Origin: Arcobacteraceae bacterium
GTDB taxonomy: Bacteria > Campylobacterota > Campylobacteria > Campylobacterales > Arcobacteraceae
Length of the DNA: 60,927 bases
NCBI GenBank assembly: GCA_965224485.1
Contig: CBDCZH010000012.1
Location: 1-60,927 of the forward strand
Direction of reading: 5' to 3'
The translations under genes were made by a program, and so were the position numbers. Below the pieces are notes generated by a model, which was given only the letters and a program-made list of their open reading frames with translations, did no database searches and had not been told where the DNA came from. The first letter of the stretch is position 1. Each line of letters starts with the position of its first letter. Shown here piece after piece: positions 20,520 through 32,120 of the stretch.

Positions 20520-20876
20520 GGTAAAAGAAGAAAGGAGCGGGAACTGGAAGTTTACAAGAGCAAATACCAGTTATTTCAAAGTACTTTAAAGGATAAACTA
20601 ATAAATAGATATAACGTTTGACTTTGTACTTGACCAACAAGATTAAATACTAAACTATTTAAATATAAAAGCAAATAAAAATCCCCTTATTTTACTATTA
20701 CTACCTAAAATTTAAAACTGTGACACAAACTGTGACACAAATTAGATAATATAAATAATATTTATATTTAATAATATTTTAAAATTATAGAAAGATTTTA
20801 GATTTAAAGTAAAGGAATAGAATCATGAATGAAATTATTTGCCCACATTGCCAAAAAGCTTTTAAAATAGATGAAT
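20520..20876 (+). repeat. 357-bp direct repeat, copy 2 (box at 20716-20738)
   Basis: Near-identical to 11565-11921. Confidence 0.95.
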
Positions 20877-22180
20877 CTGGGTATTCAGATATGCTTAAGC
20901 AAGTAAGAGACCATCAATTTGAAGAAGAAGTGAAAAATAGACTAGATATTGCCCAAAAAGAAAAAGAAAGTGCTGTACAACTAGCTATTGCTAATACTAA
21001 AAATTCTTTTCAAGAAGAAATGTCAAAAAAAGACAAAGAATATGATTCTCTTGCTAATGATTTAAAAATCAAAGAAAATGAAAAAGAAAATGCAGTTAAT
21101 CTAGCTATTGCTAATATTAAAAGTTCCCTACAAGAAGAAATTGTACAAAAAGATAAACAACTAAGTGAAGTAAAAAGTAACAGCAATATGGAACTAGCAG
21201 AACTGAAATCTAAAATTCAGTATTCAGAGACCCAAAAAAAGCTAGAACTTTCAGAAGCTATTAAAAAAATAGAAAAAGAACGAGATAATCTTTCAACTGA
21301 TTTAAGAATAAAAGAAAATGAAAAAGAATTACTTAAAATATCTATTAAAGAACAATTCTCTAATCAGCTAATTGTAAGAGATGAAACCATCAAAATGAAA
21401 GATGATGAAATTGCAAGATTAAAAGACTTCAAACAAAAACTTTCAACAAAAATGGTAGGTGAAACTTTAGAGCAACATTGTGAAATTGAATTTAATAAAC
21501 TACGTGCAACAGCTTTTCCAAATGCTTATTTTGAAAAAGACAATGATTCAAGAGCTGGTAATAAGGGTGATTTTATTTACAAAGAATCAGATGAGCAAGG
21601 AAATGAAATTATTTCAATAATGTTTGAAATGAAGAATGAAAATGATGAAACAGCTACAAAAAAAAGAAATGAAGATTTTTTTGCAAAACTAGATAAAGAC
21701 CGAAATGAAAAAAACTGTGAATATGCAGTTTTAGTCTCACTATTAGAATCAGAAAGCGAATTATACAATACAGGTATAGTTGATGTCTCATATAAATTTA
21801 ATAAAATGTACGTAATAAGACCACAATTCTTCATTCAAATCATTACCTTACTTAGAAATGCTGCTTTAAACTCAATGAAATATAAAGCAGAATTAAATTT
21901 AATAAAAAATCAAAATGTAGATATTACAGATTTTGAAGAAAAAATCAATATCTTTAAAACAGGCTTTGCAAAAAATTACGATTTAGCAAGTAGAAAATTT
22001 AAAACTGCCATTGATGAAATAGATAAAACAATAATTCATCTTCAAAAAACAAAAGATGCTTTATTGTCATCAGAGAATAACTTACGATTAGCAAATAATA
22101 AAGCAGATGATTTAACTATAAAGAAGTTAACGCATGGAAATCCAACTATGAAAGCAAAGTTTGATGAGCAGTGTGAATAG
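20825..22180 (+). CDS. DUF2130 coiled-coil protein
   Basis: N-terminal CPHC, coiled coil, [25 protein letters not shown]-terminal [12 protein letters not shown]. Confidence 0.85.
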   Translation: MNEIICPHCQKAFKIDESGYSDMLKQVRDHQFEEEVKNRLDIAQKEKESAVQLAIANTKNSFQEEMSKKDKEYDSLANDLKIKENEKENAVNLAIANIKSSLQEEIVQKDKQLSEVKSNSNMELAELKSKIQYSETQKKLELSEAIKKIEKERDNLSTDLRIKENEKELLKISIKEQFSNQLIVRDETIKMKDDEIARLKDFKQKLSTKMVGETLEQHCEIEFNKLRATAFPNAYFEKDNDSRAGNKGDFIYKESDEQGNEIISIMFEMKNENDETATKKRNEDFFAKLDKDRNEKNCEYAVLVSLLESESELYNTGIVDVSYKFNKMYVIRPQFFIQIITLLRNAALNSMKYKAELNLIKNQNVDITDFEEKINIFKTGFAKNYDLASRKFKTAIDEIDKTIIHLQKTKDALLSSENNLRLANNKADDLTIKKLTHGNPTMKAKFDEQCE

Positions 22181-22303
22181 GTTTACTTTATTGTAGTTTA
22201 ATATGTTGAAGCATTGCAAGAAATAATAGCATTACAGAGAAAAATTGTTTCAAAGGATGATGAGATAAGTTTTGTTTCTATAGATTAAAATAAAAGGATT
22301 ATT

Positions 22304-24247
22304 GTGAAATTAAAGAAATTAAGATTAGAAAATTTTAGAAGTTATAAAGAATTAGAAATCAAATTTGATGATAATATGAATGTTATCATTGGTAAAAATG
22401 ATGTGGGTAAATCAACAATAATGGAATCATTAGAAATTTTCTTTAATAATGATTTAGTAAAAATACAACAAGATGATTTAAATATTTTGGCAAAACAAGA
22501 AGAGTCTTATAAAGTTAAAATATCGTTGTCTTTTGAAATTGAAAATTTTGATACAATTGTTATTGATTCTACAAATCCGACAAACTTAAGAGATGAGTTT
22601 TTATTAGACTCCTATGGACTATTAACGTTAGTTAAGGAATGGGATTGTAAAACTGCATTAAAAGCTTCAAGTCTTAAATACTATTTAAAATGTGAATATC
22701 CTACTGTATGGAGTGAAAATCCAAAAATAAATCTTAAAATTACTGAATTAAAAAAAGAAATTAAAAATTTATTAGAGGAAGAAATAATAAGTGAAGAGAG
22801 ATATTCCTTAATTCCTCAAAATGCAAATGCACCAATGAGAGAAGCACTATATAAGTATCTTTTATCATATAGTGATAGAAATGATAAAACAACTATATTA
22901 ATAGATCTAAGTAAAGGAGATGAGTCTAAAAGTTTAAAAGTAAATATTGATAAAAACTTACCCCAATATTTTTTATTTCAATCAGACCGAGCTAATAAAG
23001 ATAGTGATAAGGATGTTCAGAATCCATTAAATATTGCCATCCAAAAAGCACTTAAAAGTCAGGAAATTAAAGAAAAACTTGATGATGTAGAAAAACTAAT
23101 GCAGGAACAAATAAAAAAAATAGGTGATGATACTTTAAGTAAATTACAAGAGATGGATTCAGATATTGTATCAACTTTAAATCCTAATTATTCTAAAGAA
23201 CCAGATTGGAAATCTGTTTTTAAATTTTCTTTTACTGGAGAAGATGATATTCCTTTAAATAAAAGAGGAAGTGGTGTTAGAAGGTTAGTGCTTTTAAATT
23301 ATTTTAGAGCAGAAGCGGATAGAAAGATTGATGATAGATTTAATAAAAGTGTTATTTATGCAATAGAAGAGCCTGAAACATCACAGCATCCTGATTATCA
23401 AAAAATGTTAATAGAGTCTTTACTTGAACTTTCAAATCATGAGAATCATCAAGTTATTATCACTACACATACCCCAAATATTACAAAATTAGTCTCTTTT
23501 GAAAATATAATACCATTGATAAAAGAAAATGGAGTTATTAAAAAATTTAATGATGAAGAAGAGCTATTTAGTTCAATTATTGATACTCTTGGAATATTTG
23601 CTAATCTTGATATAAAAAATATTTCTAAAGTTAAATGTATTATTTGTTTAGAAGGGAAATTAGATATAGAGTTTCTTTTAAATATTAATGAACAAATAAA
23701 TGAGTATAAAGAAATTATTGAATTGAATAATAACGATGAAATACTCTTAATACCAATGGGTGGAAGTACGATTGAATATTGGGCAAATAAGAATTTATTA
23801 AAAAAACTTCAAATAAATCAAGTTCATATTTATGATAGTGATATAGGGTCGGATAAACCTAATAAGTATAGTCCATATTTTGAGTCAATTGAAAACCAAG
23901 GACTAAACAATTTTACTTTTGAAACTAATAAACGAGAAATGGAAAATTATATACATCATGAAATTTTGTCTAGAACTTATAATGGGTTTTCTCTTATTTA
24001 TGATGAAAATTGGGATAAATTAGATTTAGGAGAAGAAGTAGCTAAACATTTACATGTAAATTCTGAGAGTACAAAAGACTGGGATGAAGTTACAAGTGAA
24101 AAAAAGAAAAAAAAGGTTAGTAGTGTAAAAAAAAGATTTAATGAAGAGCTAGCTAAAAGTTTAACAAAACAACACCTCGAAGAATTAGAAGCTTTTGACG
24201 AAATCAAGGGGTGGTTTGAAAAAATAAAAGAGGCTTCAGAAGGATAG
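22304..24247 (+). CDS. OLD-family ATP-dependent nuclease (ABC ATPase + TOPRIM)
   Basis: GKNDVGKST, RGSG signature, IEEPE Walker B, TTH; TOPRIM LEGKLD, GG, YDSD, EMENY. Confidence 0.85.
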   Translation: MKLKKLRLENFRSYKELEIKFDDNMNVIIGKNDVGKSTIMESLEIFFNNDLVKIQQDDLNILAKQEESYKVKISLSFEIENFDTIVIDSTNPTNLRDEFLLDSYGLLTLVKEWDCKTALKASSLKYYLKCEYPTVWSENPKINLKITELKKEIKNLLEEEIISEERYSLIPQNANAPMREALYKYLLSYSDRNDKTTILIDLSKGDESKSLKVNIDKNLPQYFLFQSDRANKDSDKDVQNPLNIAIQKALKSQEIKEKLDDVEKLMQEQIKKIGDDTLSKLQEMDSDIVSTLNPNYSKEPDWKSVFKFSFTGEDDIPLNKRGSGVRRLVLLNYFRAEADRKIDDRFNKSVIYAIEEPETSQHPDYQKMLIESLLELSNHENHQVIITTHTPNITKLVSFENIIPLIKENGVIKKFNDEEELFSSIIDTLGIFANLDIKNISKVKCIICLEGKLDIEFLLNINEQINEYKEIIELNNNDEILLIPMGGSTIEYWANKNLLKKLQINQVHIYDSDIGSDKPNKYSPYFESIENQGLNNFTFETNKREMENYIHHEILSRTYNGFSLIYDENWDKLDLGEEVAKHLHVNSESTKDWDEVTSEKKKKKVSSVKKRFNEELAKSLTKQHLEELEAFDEIKGWFEKIKEASEG

Positions 24248-24249
24248 CT

Positions 24250-25353
24250 TTGAAAACAAAACATCAACAATTAATAAAACTTCTTTATAAAAATGACGAG
24301 ACGATTGATAAAATATATAAAAGCTCAAATGCAGTAAATTTTTCAAATGTGTCTCATGACTTAATAGCTGAAGGTATAGTTTTAGAACTTGGAAATATAG
24401 TTAATTTAAATCCTTACTATAGACAGTTTGTAAATACAATTTTATTAAAAGCTGATTACTCTATTTTATTTGGTAATTTTGATGAACATTCAAAAGAAAT
24501 TTTATCTTTAAAAAAACGATATCTAGAATTTAATAAATATGGATTTATAGAAAGAATAAAAAAATTAATATATGATTTATACACATCAATAGTATTACAA
24601 GACAAAAATATTGAATCACTGTTATATGACTTGGAGAATCAGATTTCTATTGAATTAGATGAATTAATAGTTGAATCTGAATTGATTTTGGAGAAAGTTG
24701 AGAAATATCTAACTTCAATAAAAAGGATATTAAAGGATTTAGATAGTGATTTGGCATCTATTCATATTGAAGTTGAAAATGTGATTGATGAGATAAATGG
24801 ATCAATAGAACCATTTATTGCCAAAATAGAAAGTTATTGTACAAAGTTTTCTGAAGTAATTAGAATAAGTGAAGAAAAAAAGGCTTTAAATCAAAAGCTT
24901 TTTTCATTGAGTGCATCAATACTTCAAGGCAATGAAGACTATTTAATAGATTATTTAGTAGATAATCAACATGAAATGATCTTCAACGTAAATGAAAAGA
25001 TTATTGTATTTCCTTATTATGAAAACTGTTTAAATAAAATGCTTTTAAAAACTAAAGCATCATTGATTTTTCCACCAACTAAAACTAAAACTAATATAAA
25101 GAGAAAGAAGCAAGAAATTAGAGAAGTTAAATATATTAATGAAGAAGAAATATTGAAAGATTTAAGAATAAATACTCCAAAAGATATATATTTATATTTA
25201 TTAAATCATAGTGAAATTAAGAAGTTAGATATTAAAAAACAAGAACAAGAAGCATTTAAAATATTTTTATTACTCTGTATTAATAAAAAACATCCTTTAG
25301 TTAAAAGTGATGATTTTAATAATGCTAAAATTAGGAGGGTATCATGGCATTAA
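24250..25353 (+). CDS. Putative MksF/JetA-like kleisin subunit
   Basis: Helical protein, first of three overlapping genes ending in an SMC ATPase; assigned mainly by position. Confidence 0.55.
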   Translation: MKTKHQQLIKLLYKNDETIDKIYKSSNAVNFSNVSHDLIAEGIVLELGNIVNLNPYYRQFVNTILLKADYSILFGNFDEHSKEILSLKKRYLEFNKYGFIERIKKLIYDLYTSIVLQDKNIESLLYDLENQISIELDELIVESELILEKVEKYLTSIKRILKDLDSDLASIHIEVENVIDEINGSIEPFIAKIESYCTKFSEVIRISEEKKALNQKLFSLSASILQGNEDYLIDYLVDNQHEMIFNVNEKIIVFPYYENCLNKMLLKTKASLIFPPTKTKTNIKRKKQEIREVKYINEEEILKDLRINTPKDIYLYLLNHSEIKKLDIKKQEQEAFKIFLLLCINKKHPLVKSDDFNNAKIRRVSWH

Positions 25354-25895
25354 CTGCTGATATTTTTGAATTACTTAAAGATGGAAATATTATATCAGGT
25401 AATTCAAAAAATGAATTTACTAGAAGAATTGTAGATTATTTAAGTAACGAAAAAAGCTTCAAAGACAATCAAGAAATATTTAATACTTTAGGTTATATAT
25501 TAATTAGAGAATATAATTGTTTTTATCTAACTAAGAAGAAAGAATTAAATGAGAAAGAACTTGACAAGTTTATTCAAAGATATAAAGATGTCTTTTTGGC
25601 ATTATCAATATTAAAATCTTATTTACCTGCTATTAGTAGCGGAAGTGAATTAAATAAAAGTGATTTAATTGCGAGTGCAAATAAAAATAGTGAAACTAAA
25701 GTAAAAGAAATATTAGAATATTTAACAAAAAAAGAGGATAATTTATCTGGTTCTATTGAAATAGTATTAAAGAAACTAAGGGAAAGTGGAATAATAGAAC
25801 AATTAGATAAGTCAAATGAAGAAAGATATTTTATATTAGATTCTTTAGATTATTTTAATGGTATTTTGAAACAATTGGAGATGAGTAATGCTTAA
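25344..25895 (+). CDS. Putative MksE/JetB-like KITE subunit
   Basis: 183 aa, LGYILIREYNCFYL and LKKLRESGII (tandem winged-helix-like); directly before the SMC gene. Confidence 0.65.
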   Translation: MALTADIFELLKDGNIISGNSKNEFTRRIVDYLSNEKSFKDNQEIFNTLGYILIREYNCFYLTKKKELNEKELDKFIQRYKDVFLALSILKSYLPAISSGSELNKSDLIASANKNSETKVKEILEYLTKKEDNLSGSIEIVLKKLRESGIIEQLDKSNEERYFILDSLDYFNGILKQLEMSNA

Positions 25896-28800
25896 AAAAA
25901 TGTATATGATAAATTCTGCTGACATGAATAATGTAGAGATTGAATTTGATGGTAATTTGTTTTTTGCTGGAGATAATGGTAGTGGTAAAACTACAGCTAT
26001 CAGGGCGTTACATTATTTGTTTGTAACTCATTCAAACTTAGTGGGAATATCAGGAGATCAAAAACCTTTTAATGATTACTACTTTAAAGAACCTAAAAGG
26101 TCATATTTAATATATGATTTTGATAAATATTTCATTATTATGTATAAAGATAAGTATAAACTTTATAAACATTTTGTAAGAAGAAAATTAAATATTGATG
26201 ATTTTTATGATGATAATGATAACTTAGTACCTCATAATGAGATAAATAAGTATATGGTAACAGCGACCTCTAAAAAGAGAGTAGAAACAAGGAATGACTT
26301 CAATTCAATATTTTATGGTGATAATGAATTTTCTTTTAATAAAATAGAAAATGTAGATACATTTATAGATTTATATTCTAAATTATTTAACATATCAAAA
26401 ACCATCATTGATAGTAATTCAATTAAAGAGGCTATAAAAGATTCAATAGGGCAAAAAAAAGAATTTTATGAATTTGACGCTTCAAGTTTTTATGATAGTT
26501 TTTATAAGTTACAACATTTAAATAAGTTTTATAAAACATATGAAAAGTATAATAAAACTATACATGCTTTGATGAAATCATATAAAACAATAATTAATCT
26601 TGAAGAAGATTTAACTATTTTTTCTAAAAAAATAGAGTATAGATTTGATTATGAATCAAGAAAACACATTGAAATACAAGATAAAATTGAAAAAATAGAA
26701 ATAAATATGAATGTAAAAAAATCATATTTTATTCATATAGAAAATAGACAAAAATATTTAAATAAAAAGTTACAAAGCTTTATAAATGATTTAGAAGTAA
26801 AGTTAAAAGAAATTTTAATGCTTGAATTTGAATTTACTGATAAACGATTAATTAAAAATAAAACTCACATATTGAGAAAAGATAGTTTATTGAATAATCA
26901 GAAAAAAGTCCAAAAAAATATTATTGAGATAGAAAATCAATATAAAACTTTAATAGAAACAATTGAAAATGAGATATATCAACTAAAACAATCTTTTAAA
27001 GAAGAAGAACTACAATTAAAAGAAGAAATCAATATACAAAAAGAACAAAATAATGAATCAATAGATGAAAAATATCAAGAGTTACAATTAAAAAAGTCTG
27101 AGTATGAAAAAGACATCGAGTTAAATATAAAAAAACATAAAAAAAATATAGCTGAAAGTGAAAAACATAAAAACTTTGAATTATTAAAAAAAGAAGAATT
27201 AATTAATAAATATGAAAATAAGTTTGATTTATTACGTTTTATTTTAGATAATAATAATAAAGAAATTAATCAAGAAATACAAGTTCTAAATAAAGATAAA
27301 GATAGTCTCTTTACTGAATTAAATAGATTGAGAAAAGAAAAAGTTGATAAGTCTAATAATTATAAAAAACTAGTAAAAGCTAATGTAGAAAGATACGAAG
27401 AAGACAAATCTTCTTTAATAGAAGAAAAAGAGTATTTTCGGAGTTTATTGGATATTGATAAAAATAGTTTTCAAGCTTTTCTAAATGAAAATATTGATAA
27501 TTGGGAGCATAACCTTTATCCTATAATAGAAAAAAAGCTATTAGTTAAAGATATTAAAATATTACAGCCGAAAATATTAGATAATGAAAATATTTTTGGT
27601 ATCTCATTAAACAAAGATACACTAGACACTCTACCTACAAAACAAGAAATACAAAATGAACAAGAAAATATTTTAAATAAATTAAATATATTAAAGAATA
27701 GCTATCAAAAAGAATCAAAAAAATTAGAAAAAGAGTATTATGAAGATAATGAAAAAAATGAGAGTCAGATTATACATCATAATAGTAAAATAAAGATACA
27801 GCAATTACAGGTATATGAAAAAGAAAATGAAGTAAAAAAGTTACTAAGTCATTATGAAAATGAAAAAAAGATACAGAATACTAATCGCGAAAATGAAAAA
27901 GTTACTTTAGATAAAAGTATTAATAATATTAAAAAGACAATTGAAGAAGAAGAATCTAAAATAAAAATATTTAATCATCAAATGAAATTAGCTAATAAAA
28001 GTTATAAAGATATTTTTAACAAAGAAAAAAGCAATTTAAAAAAACTACTGAATACTTCTATTGAAAATTTAAATGAAAAGTTTGAAAATATAAAGAAGGA
28101 AATTGAGAATAAAGTAAATGAAAAAGATAAAGGTAAATATAATATTTCAAATGAAGAAAAAATTAAAGAATTAAATATTGAATTAAATTTTTTAAATAAT
28201 AATCTATCTCAAATATCTCAAAGTGAAGCATATTTAGAAAGATATGAAAAAGTAAAAAATAAAATAAAGAGTAAAACCAAAATAGAAAAAGATATTACTA
28301 AAAATATACAATTTAGTAATAATTTAATTGAATTATTTACTTCAAATAAAAACAAATCAAATATATTCATCCAAGAACAAACTAATCTATTAAATGATTT
28401 TAATGAAGAGAAAAAGCTTTATAAAAATGGTTTAAATAGATTTCAAAACTTAAACATTGAACTTTTAAATTCTTGTGTGGAAACAGAAGAGTCTTTAGAT
28501 GAATTAATCTCTTTATATTTAATTAGTAATGATAACCATTCATCTACTGTTACTCTCTTTAGAACAGATTTTGAAATTGTTTGGAAAAAAATCAGAGCGT
28601 TTAACAGATTAGATTTACCATTAAATCTTGAAAACTTTTATGAATTAAAAAATTTATCGAATATTGAAGATGTAAAAAGATCTATGTACGAATTATCAAA
28701 TTATGAATATTTAATAATAAAAGAAAAAAAGAATTCAACACTCGAACTTTCAAGTATAATTGAATCTTCTAAACAAAGATTAAAAAATTTTGATACATCA

Positions 28801-29428
28801 ATAAAAGGACTTAATCGTCAAATTACTAAAATCAACCAACGATTAAAGAAAATAGATTTTTCTGTAATAAATTCAATTAAATTATGTTCAGAAAAAACAA
28901 CTGGTAAGAATCTAGGTTCTTATTGGTCAGAGTTAAAAGATATTTTATCTGATTTAGAAATGAATGAAGAGAATAGTTTATTTAATGATGATGCTAAAGC
29001 AACAAGAGATATAAAAAAGATTATTGAATTACTTGATGAAATAAAAAAAACTTTTAGACGAAGATGATAAATTATCAAGTTATGAAGGATTAACAATCAG
29101 TATTGAGTATAGTGAAAATAATAAGCCTGTTAAAAAAGTACAACAACTTCAATCACAAGCTTCAACGGGTACTAACTTAATGTTGAAAGTTGCAATTGCT
29201 ATTTCTATATTAGGAGAATATATCTCAAACCCAGATAATCCTTTTTATTTAATAATTGATGAAGTATCTCAATTACATAGTAATAATCAGAATAAAATGA
29301 GAGAGTTTGCGCAAGAGAATGGTTTTAATATTGTATTTGTTGCCCCTGAACCAACATTAATTAAGCCTAAAGATATTAAGTATTATATTTTTGAGAAAAA
29401 AAGTGCAATATTGATGAATCATATTTAA
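25888..29428 (+). CDS. MksB/JetC-like SMC ATPase, frameshifted near 29052 (25888-29067 + tail to 29428)
   Basis: GDNGSGKTT, long coiled coil; removing one T from CTTTTAG restores a frame with QASTGT signature and IIDEV Walker B. Confidence 0.85.
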
Positions 29429-29469
29429 AATAATAGAATTCCGGGACAGGATACTAAATTATTTGGATT

Positions 29470-29720
29470 TTAAGAGCTCATACAAAGTGACCTTTGTGCT
29501 TTTTTTTCTTCTTTTCTTGAAAAGAAGAAACAAGAAAGCAACTGACGAGTTGAAAAGCCCTTTGGGTTCCTAAATATTTTTATTTTTTAACTAGCCTGCG
29601 AAACTCCCTGCAATGTTCTAAAGAGCACATTGTTTAACGGTTAAACAGTCCTCGACTTTTTTCGATAAAAAAGAAAAAGATTTAGCTTTCACAAAGTCAG
29701 GGGAAGAGCAGTTTGTAATG
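29470..29720. repeat. Palindromic repeat family, divergent copy D
   Basis: AAGAGCTCATACAAAGTGACCTTTG matches 9679 and 33803; AACTC..AATGTTCT-aa-AGAGCACATT..AAACAG block. Confidence 0.65.
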
Positions 29721-29782
29721 TAGTTTTACTTTGATACAGAGTGGGAGAGCTTATACAAATTATAGGAAAAGAAAATTTAACT

Positions 29783-29888
29783 ATGAACCTATCTAAATCT
29801 TTATATACAAAAGCACTTTTTAAAGAAGTATAATAAAGACGTTCTAAGGCCTGCTGATGAAGAGGCACGAAGTAATGAAGTAGAATGA
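29783..29888 (+). pseudogene. Possible 5' remnant of a DUF2779-like gene
   Basis: MNLSKSLYTK then, in another frame, LKKYNKDVLRPADEEA; resembles that family's N-terminus from memory only. Confidence 0.4.
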
Positions 29889-29948
29889 ATTAGATTCTTT
29901 ACCAATGCTAAAATATTATAAATTTAAAATAGAATAAAAGGTTCAATT

Positions 29949-31829
29949 TTGTTAAATATTGAAGAGTTATTAATTAAAATTATGAAGATACTTGATTTCG
30001 ATATGAATGATATAAAGTTAAAACAAACTTTGGAAAAAAGAAGATTTTATACAAATGAAGAGAGTGATGAGAAATATAAAGAACATATTAATATAATTTT
30101 AGAAAAACTTAATCTTGGAGAAAATAATAGTAAACTATCAAATATTTTTATTGATTTAATAAACCTATATATCCCTATATATAATAAAGTAAATTTAATA
30201 AAATTTATAGCAAGTGAGAAAAAAATAAATTGGATTATATTAAAAAGACTTGTAATTCCTTATTTAGCTAAAAGATTATCTTCCTTAGATTCTGATTATA
30301 GTTCAAGAGTTGATAAAGGGTTGTCTGGTGGACTATTTTGGTATTTGCCTGATGTAACTGATTATCCTAATATTAAAATGCCTATGGAATATATTATGAA
30401 TTGGTGGTTAGATTTATATGGTAAAGGAATAGATAGTTTATGTGATGAATTAGATGATAATAATAAAAATGTTGAGAAACCAATTGAATCAAAGAATACT
30501 ATTAAACAATGGTTTAAAAAAAGTATACCTGATAGACAATCCATTGAAGAGTATTTTAGTATTCCAATAGTTTATAACGGATGCTTCGAAGCCAATTTAA
30601 ATGATACTCTTAATATTCAGTTTAAAAAAGCTTGCACTTTTATAATTGAAAAAAAGAAGTTATCTATCGAAAAACTAAAATATGAAATACCATCTAACTC
30701 TTTAGTAGATAGAATTTTTAATAGTGAACCTATATCTCAAATTGAAAAAAAAGAGTTTGTTAGTTTTATTGCAGAAAGATGGGAAATACCTACCAAAGAA
30801 AAGCTTATTCGTATTTTTATTATTGCTAGAAGTTCTGAGTCAGTTTATAAAAGTTTATTATCTTATTTTTCAGTTAAAGATTTATCAGATATTGAAGATA
30901 ATAAACTTTTACAATTAACTTATTTATATTGTCATATGTATAATGAAAACCTTCAAAGATATTCACATGGAGTGCATAAGTATGATAAGTCTGATATATT
31001 AAAAATAAATTATGAATATTTAGACTCATTGACTAATAATTTTAATGGTATTGTTGAAACAATTTCTAATGATATAAATATTGAATTATCAAATCAAAAC
31101 TATACAAGAGATTATTTAGAAGATATTTATCAAATTAAATTTATTGTATTTATGCAAAATAAAGATAAAAGAATTGAATTAGTTGCTAAACAATTAAAAG
31201 ATCATCACCAATATTTTCATGAAAAGTTTGATAAAATTGAATTTGAGGTAGCAAAGTATTTTCCGTTATCTTATAAAGATAAAATGGAATTTATAAATAA
31301 TATTAATGATATACAGTGTTTAATTAATATTTATGATAGAGAACTAACTATTAACGATGAACTTGCTGAAAAATGTGTATTTAAAATGCAAGTTTTATCT
31401 AAAACACCGTATGAAGCGTTAATAGTATTATTTTATTTTATAAAAATATATACAATATTATTTGTTGAATATAATATTTTTAAGTTAAAAGAAGCAAGTA
31501 CTTTAATTCTTAAGTATGAAAATTCAATAAAGGGCATAAAAGAAAAAGAAATAGAACTATTACGAATTAAAATACACTTTTATGTGAAGTCAAAACAGTT
31601 TAATAATGCTTTAAAGGCATCTGATGAATATTTTATTAAATATTTCAAATTCCAAAAAAAAGATATAGATGATATAGAGATTCTTTTTTTAGGAGCTTAT
31701 TCTGCTTATATCGAAAATAATAAAAGTACTTTAAAACAATATAATAAATATTTAAAAAAGTATACAAATTCAACGTTTATAAATAGTAAATCATTACCTT
31801 TTAAGATTTTCTTTTATAAAAAACTTTAA
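29949..31829 (+). CDS. Hypothetical 626-aa protein with possible HTH segment and helical/TPR-like C-terminus
   Basis: Long ORF; distinctive DKGLSGGLFWYLP and MNWWLDLYG; NTIKQWFKKSIP is HTH-like. Confidence 0.75.
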   Translation: MLNIEELLIKIMKILDFDMNDIKLKQTLEKRRFYTNEESDEKYKEHINIILEKLNLGENNSKLSNIFIDLINLYIPIYNKVNLIKFIASEKKINWIILKRLVIPYLAKRLSSLDSDYSSRVDKGLSGGLFWYLPDVTDYPNIKMPMEYIMNWWLDLYGKGIDSLCDELDDNNKNVEKPIESKNTIKQWFKKSIPDRQSIEEYFSIPIVYNGCFEANLNDTLNIQFKKACTFIIEKKKLSIEKLKYEIPSNSLVDRIFNSEPISQIEKKEFVSFIAERWEIPTKEKLIRIFIIARSSESVYKSLLSYFSVKDLSDIEDNKLLQLTYLYCHMYNENLQRYSHGVHKYDKSDILKINYEYLDSLTNNFNGIVETISNDINIELSNQNYTRDYLEDIYQIKFIVFMQNKDKRIELVAKQLKDHHQYFHEKFDKIEFEVAKYFPLSYKDKMEFINNINDIQCLINIYDRELTINDELAEKCVFKMQVLSKTPYEALIVLFYFIKIYTILFVEYNIFKLKEASTLILKYENSIKGIKEKEIELLRIKIHFYVKSKQFNNALKASDEYFIKYFKFQKKDIDDIEILFLGAYSAYIENNKSTLKQYNKYLKKYTNSTFINSKSLPFKIFFYKKL

Positions 31830-31920
31830 TGTACGAGGTAACACCCTAAATAAAAATCTCTAATTTTTGTAATCTTCTAATAGTGGTTTTAAATCACTAT
31901 TAAATTAAAAGGAGAAAGTT

Positions 31921-32061
31921 ATGTCTAACAAAAATCACAAAGCCAATCAGGCTAATTCAAACAAAGGTACAAGTGGAAGTAATAATGCAAATGCAAAAGT
32001 TAATGGTAATAAAGGTGCTCAACTGAACCCTAACAATACAAAAGGTTCAAAAAGTAAATAA
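31921..32061 (+). CDS. 46-aa Asn/Gly/Lys/Ser-rich peptide, not in the ORF track
   Basis: AAGGAG ribosome-binding site; MSNKNHKANQANSNKGTSGSNNANAKVNGNKGAQLNPNNTKGSKSK*; followed by a hairpin. Confidence 0.8.
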   Translation: MSNKNHKANQANSNKGTSGSNNANAKVNGNKGAQLNPNNTKGSKSK

Positions 32062-32067
32062 GACTAG

Positions 32068-32098
32068 AGAGTAAGAATTATAAAATTCTTACTCTTTT
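32068..32098 (+). terminator. Hairpin plus short T-tract after the peptide gene
   Basis: AGAGTAAGAATT-ataa-AATTCTTACTCT-TTT. Confidence 0.7.
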
Positions 32099-32120
32099 AA
32101 AGATTATACGAGGATAAAAA

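Noticed and set aside
22304..24247. Gabija system
   Set aside because: No adjacent UvrD-like GajB; the Pif1-like helicase is 14 kb away in a core-like context
29041..29067. Programmed frameshift in the SMC gene
   Set aside because: Similar indels occur in unrelated housekeeping genes; sequencing error is simpler
29845..29880. Hammerhead ribozyme (CTGATGA core)
   Set aside because: No GAAA or supporting stems; reads better as a coding remnant
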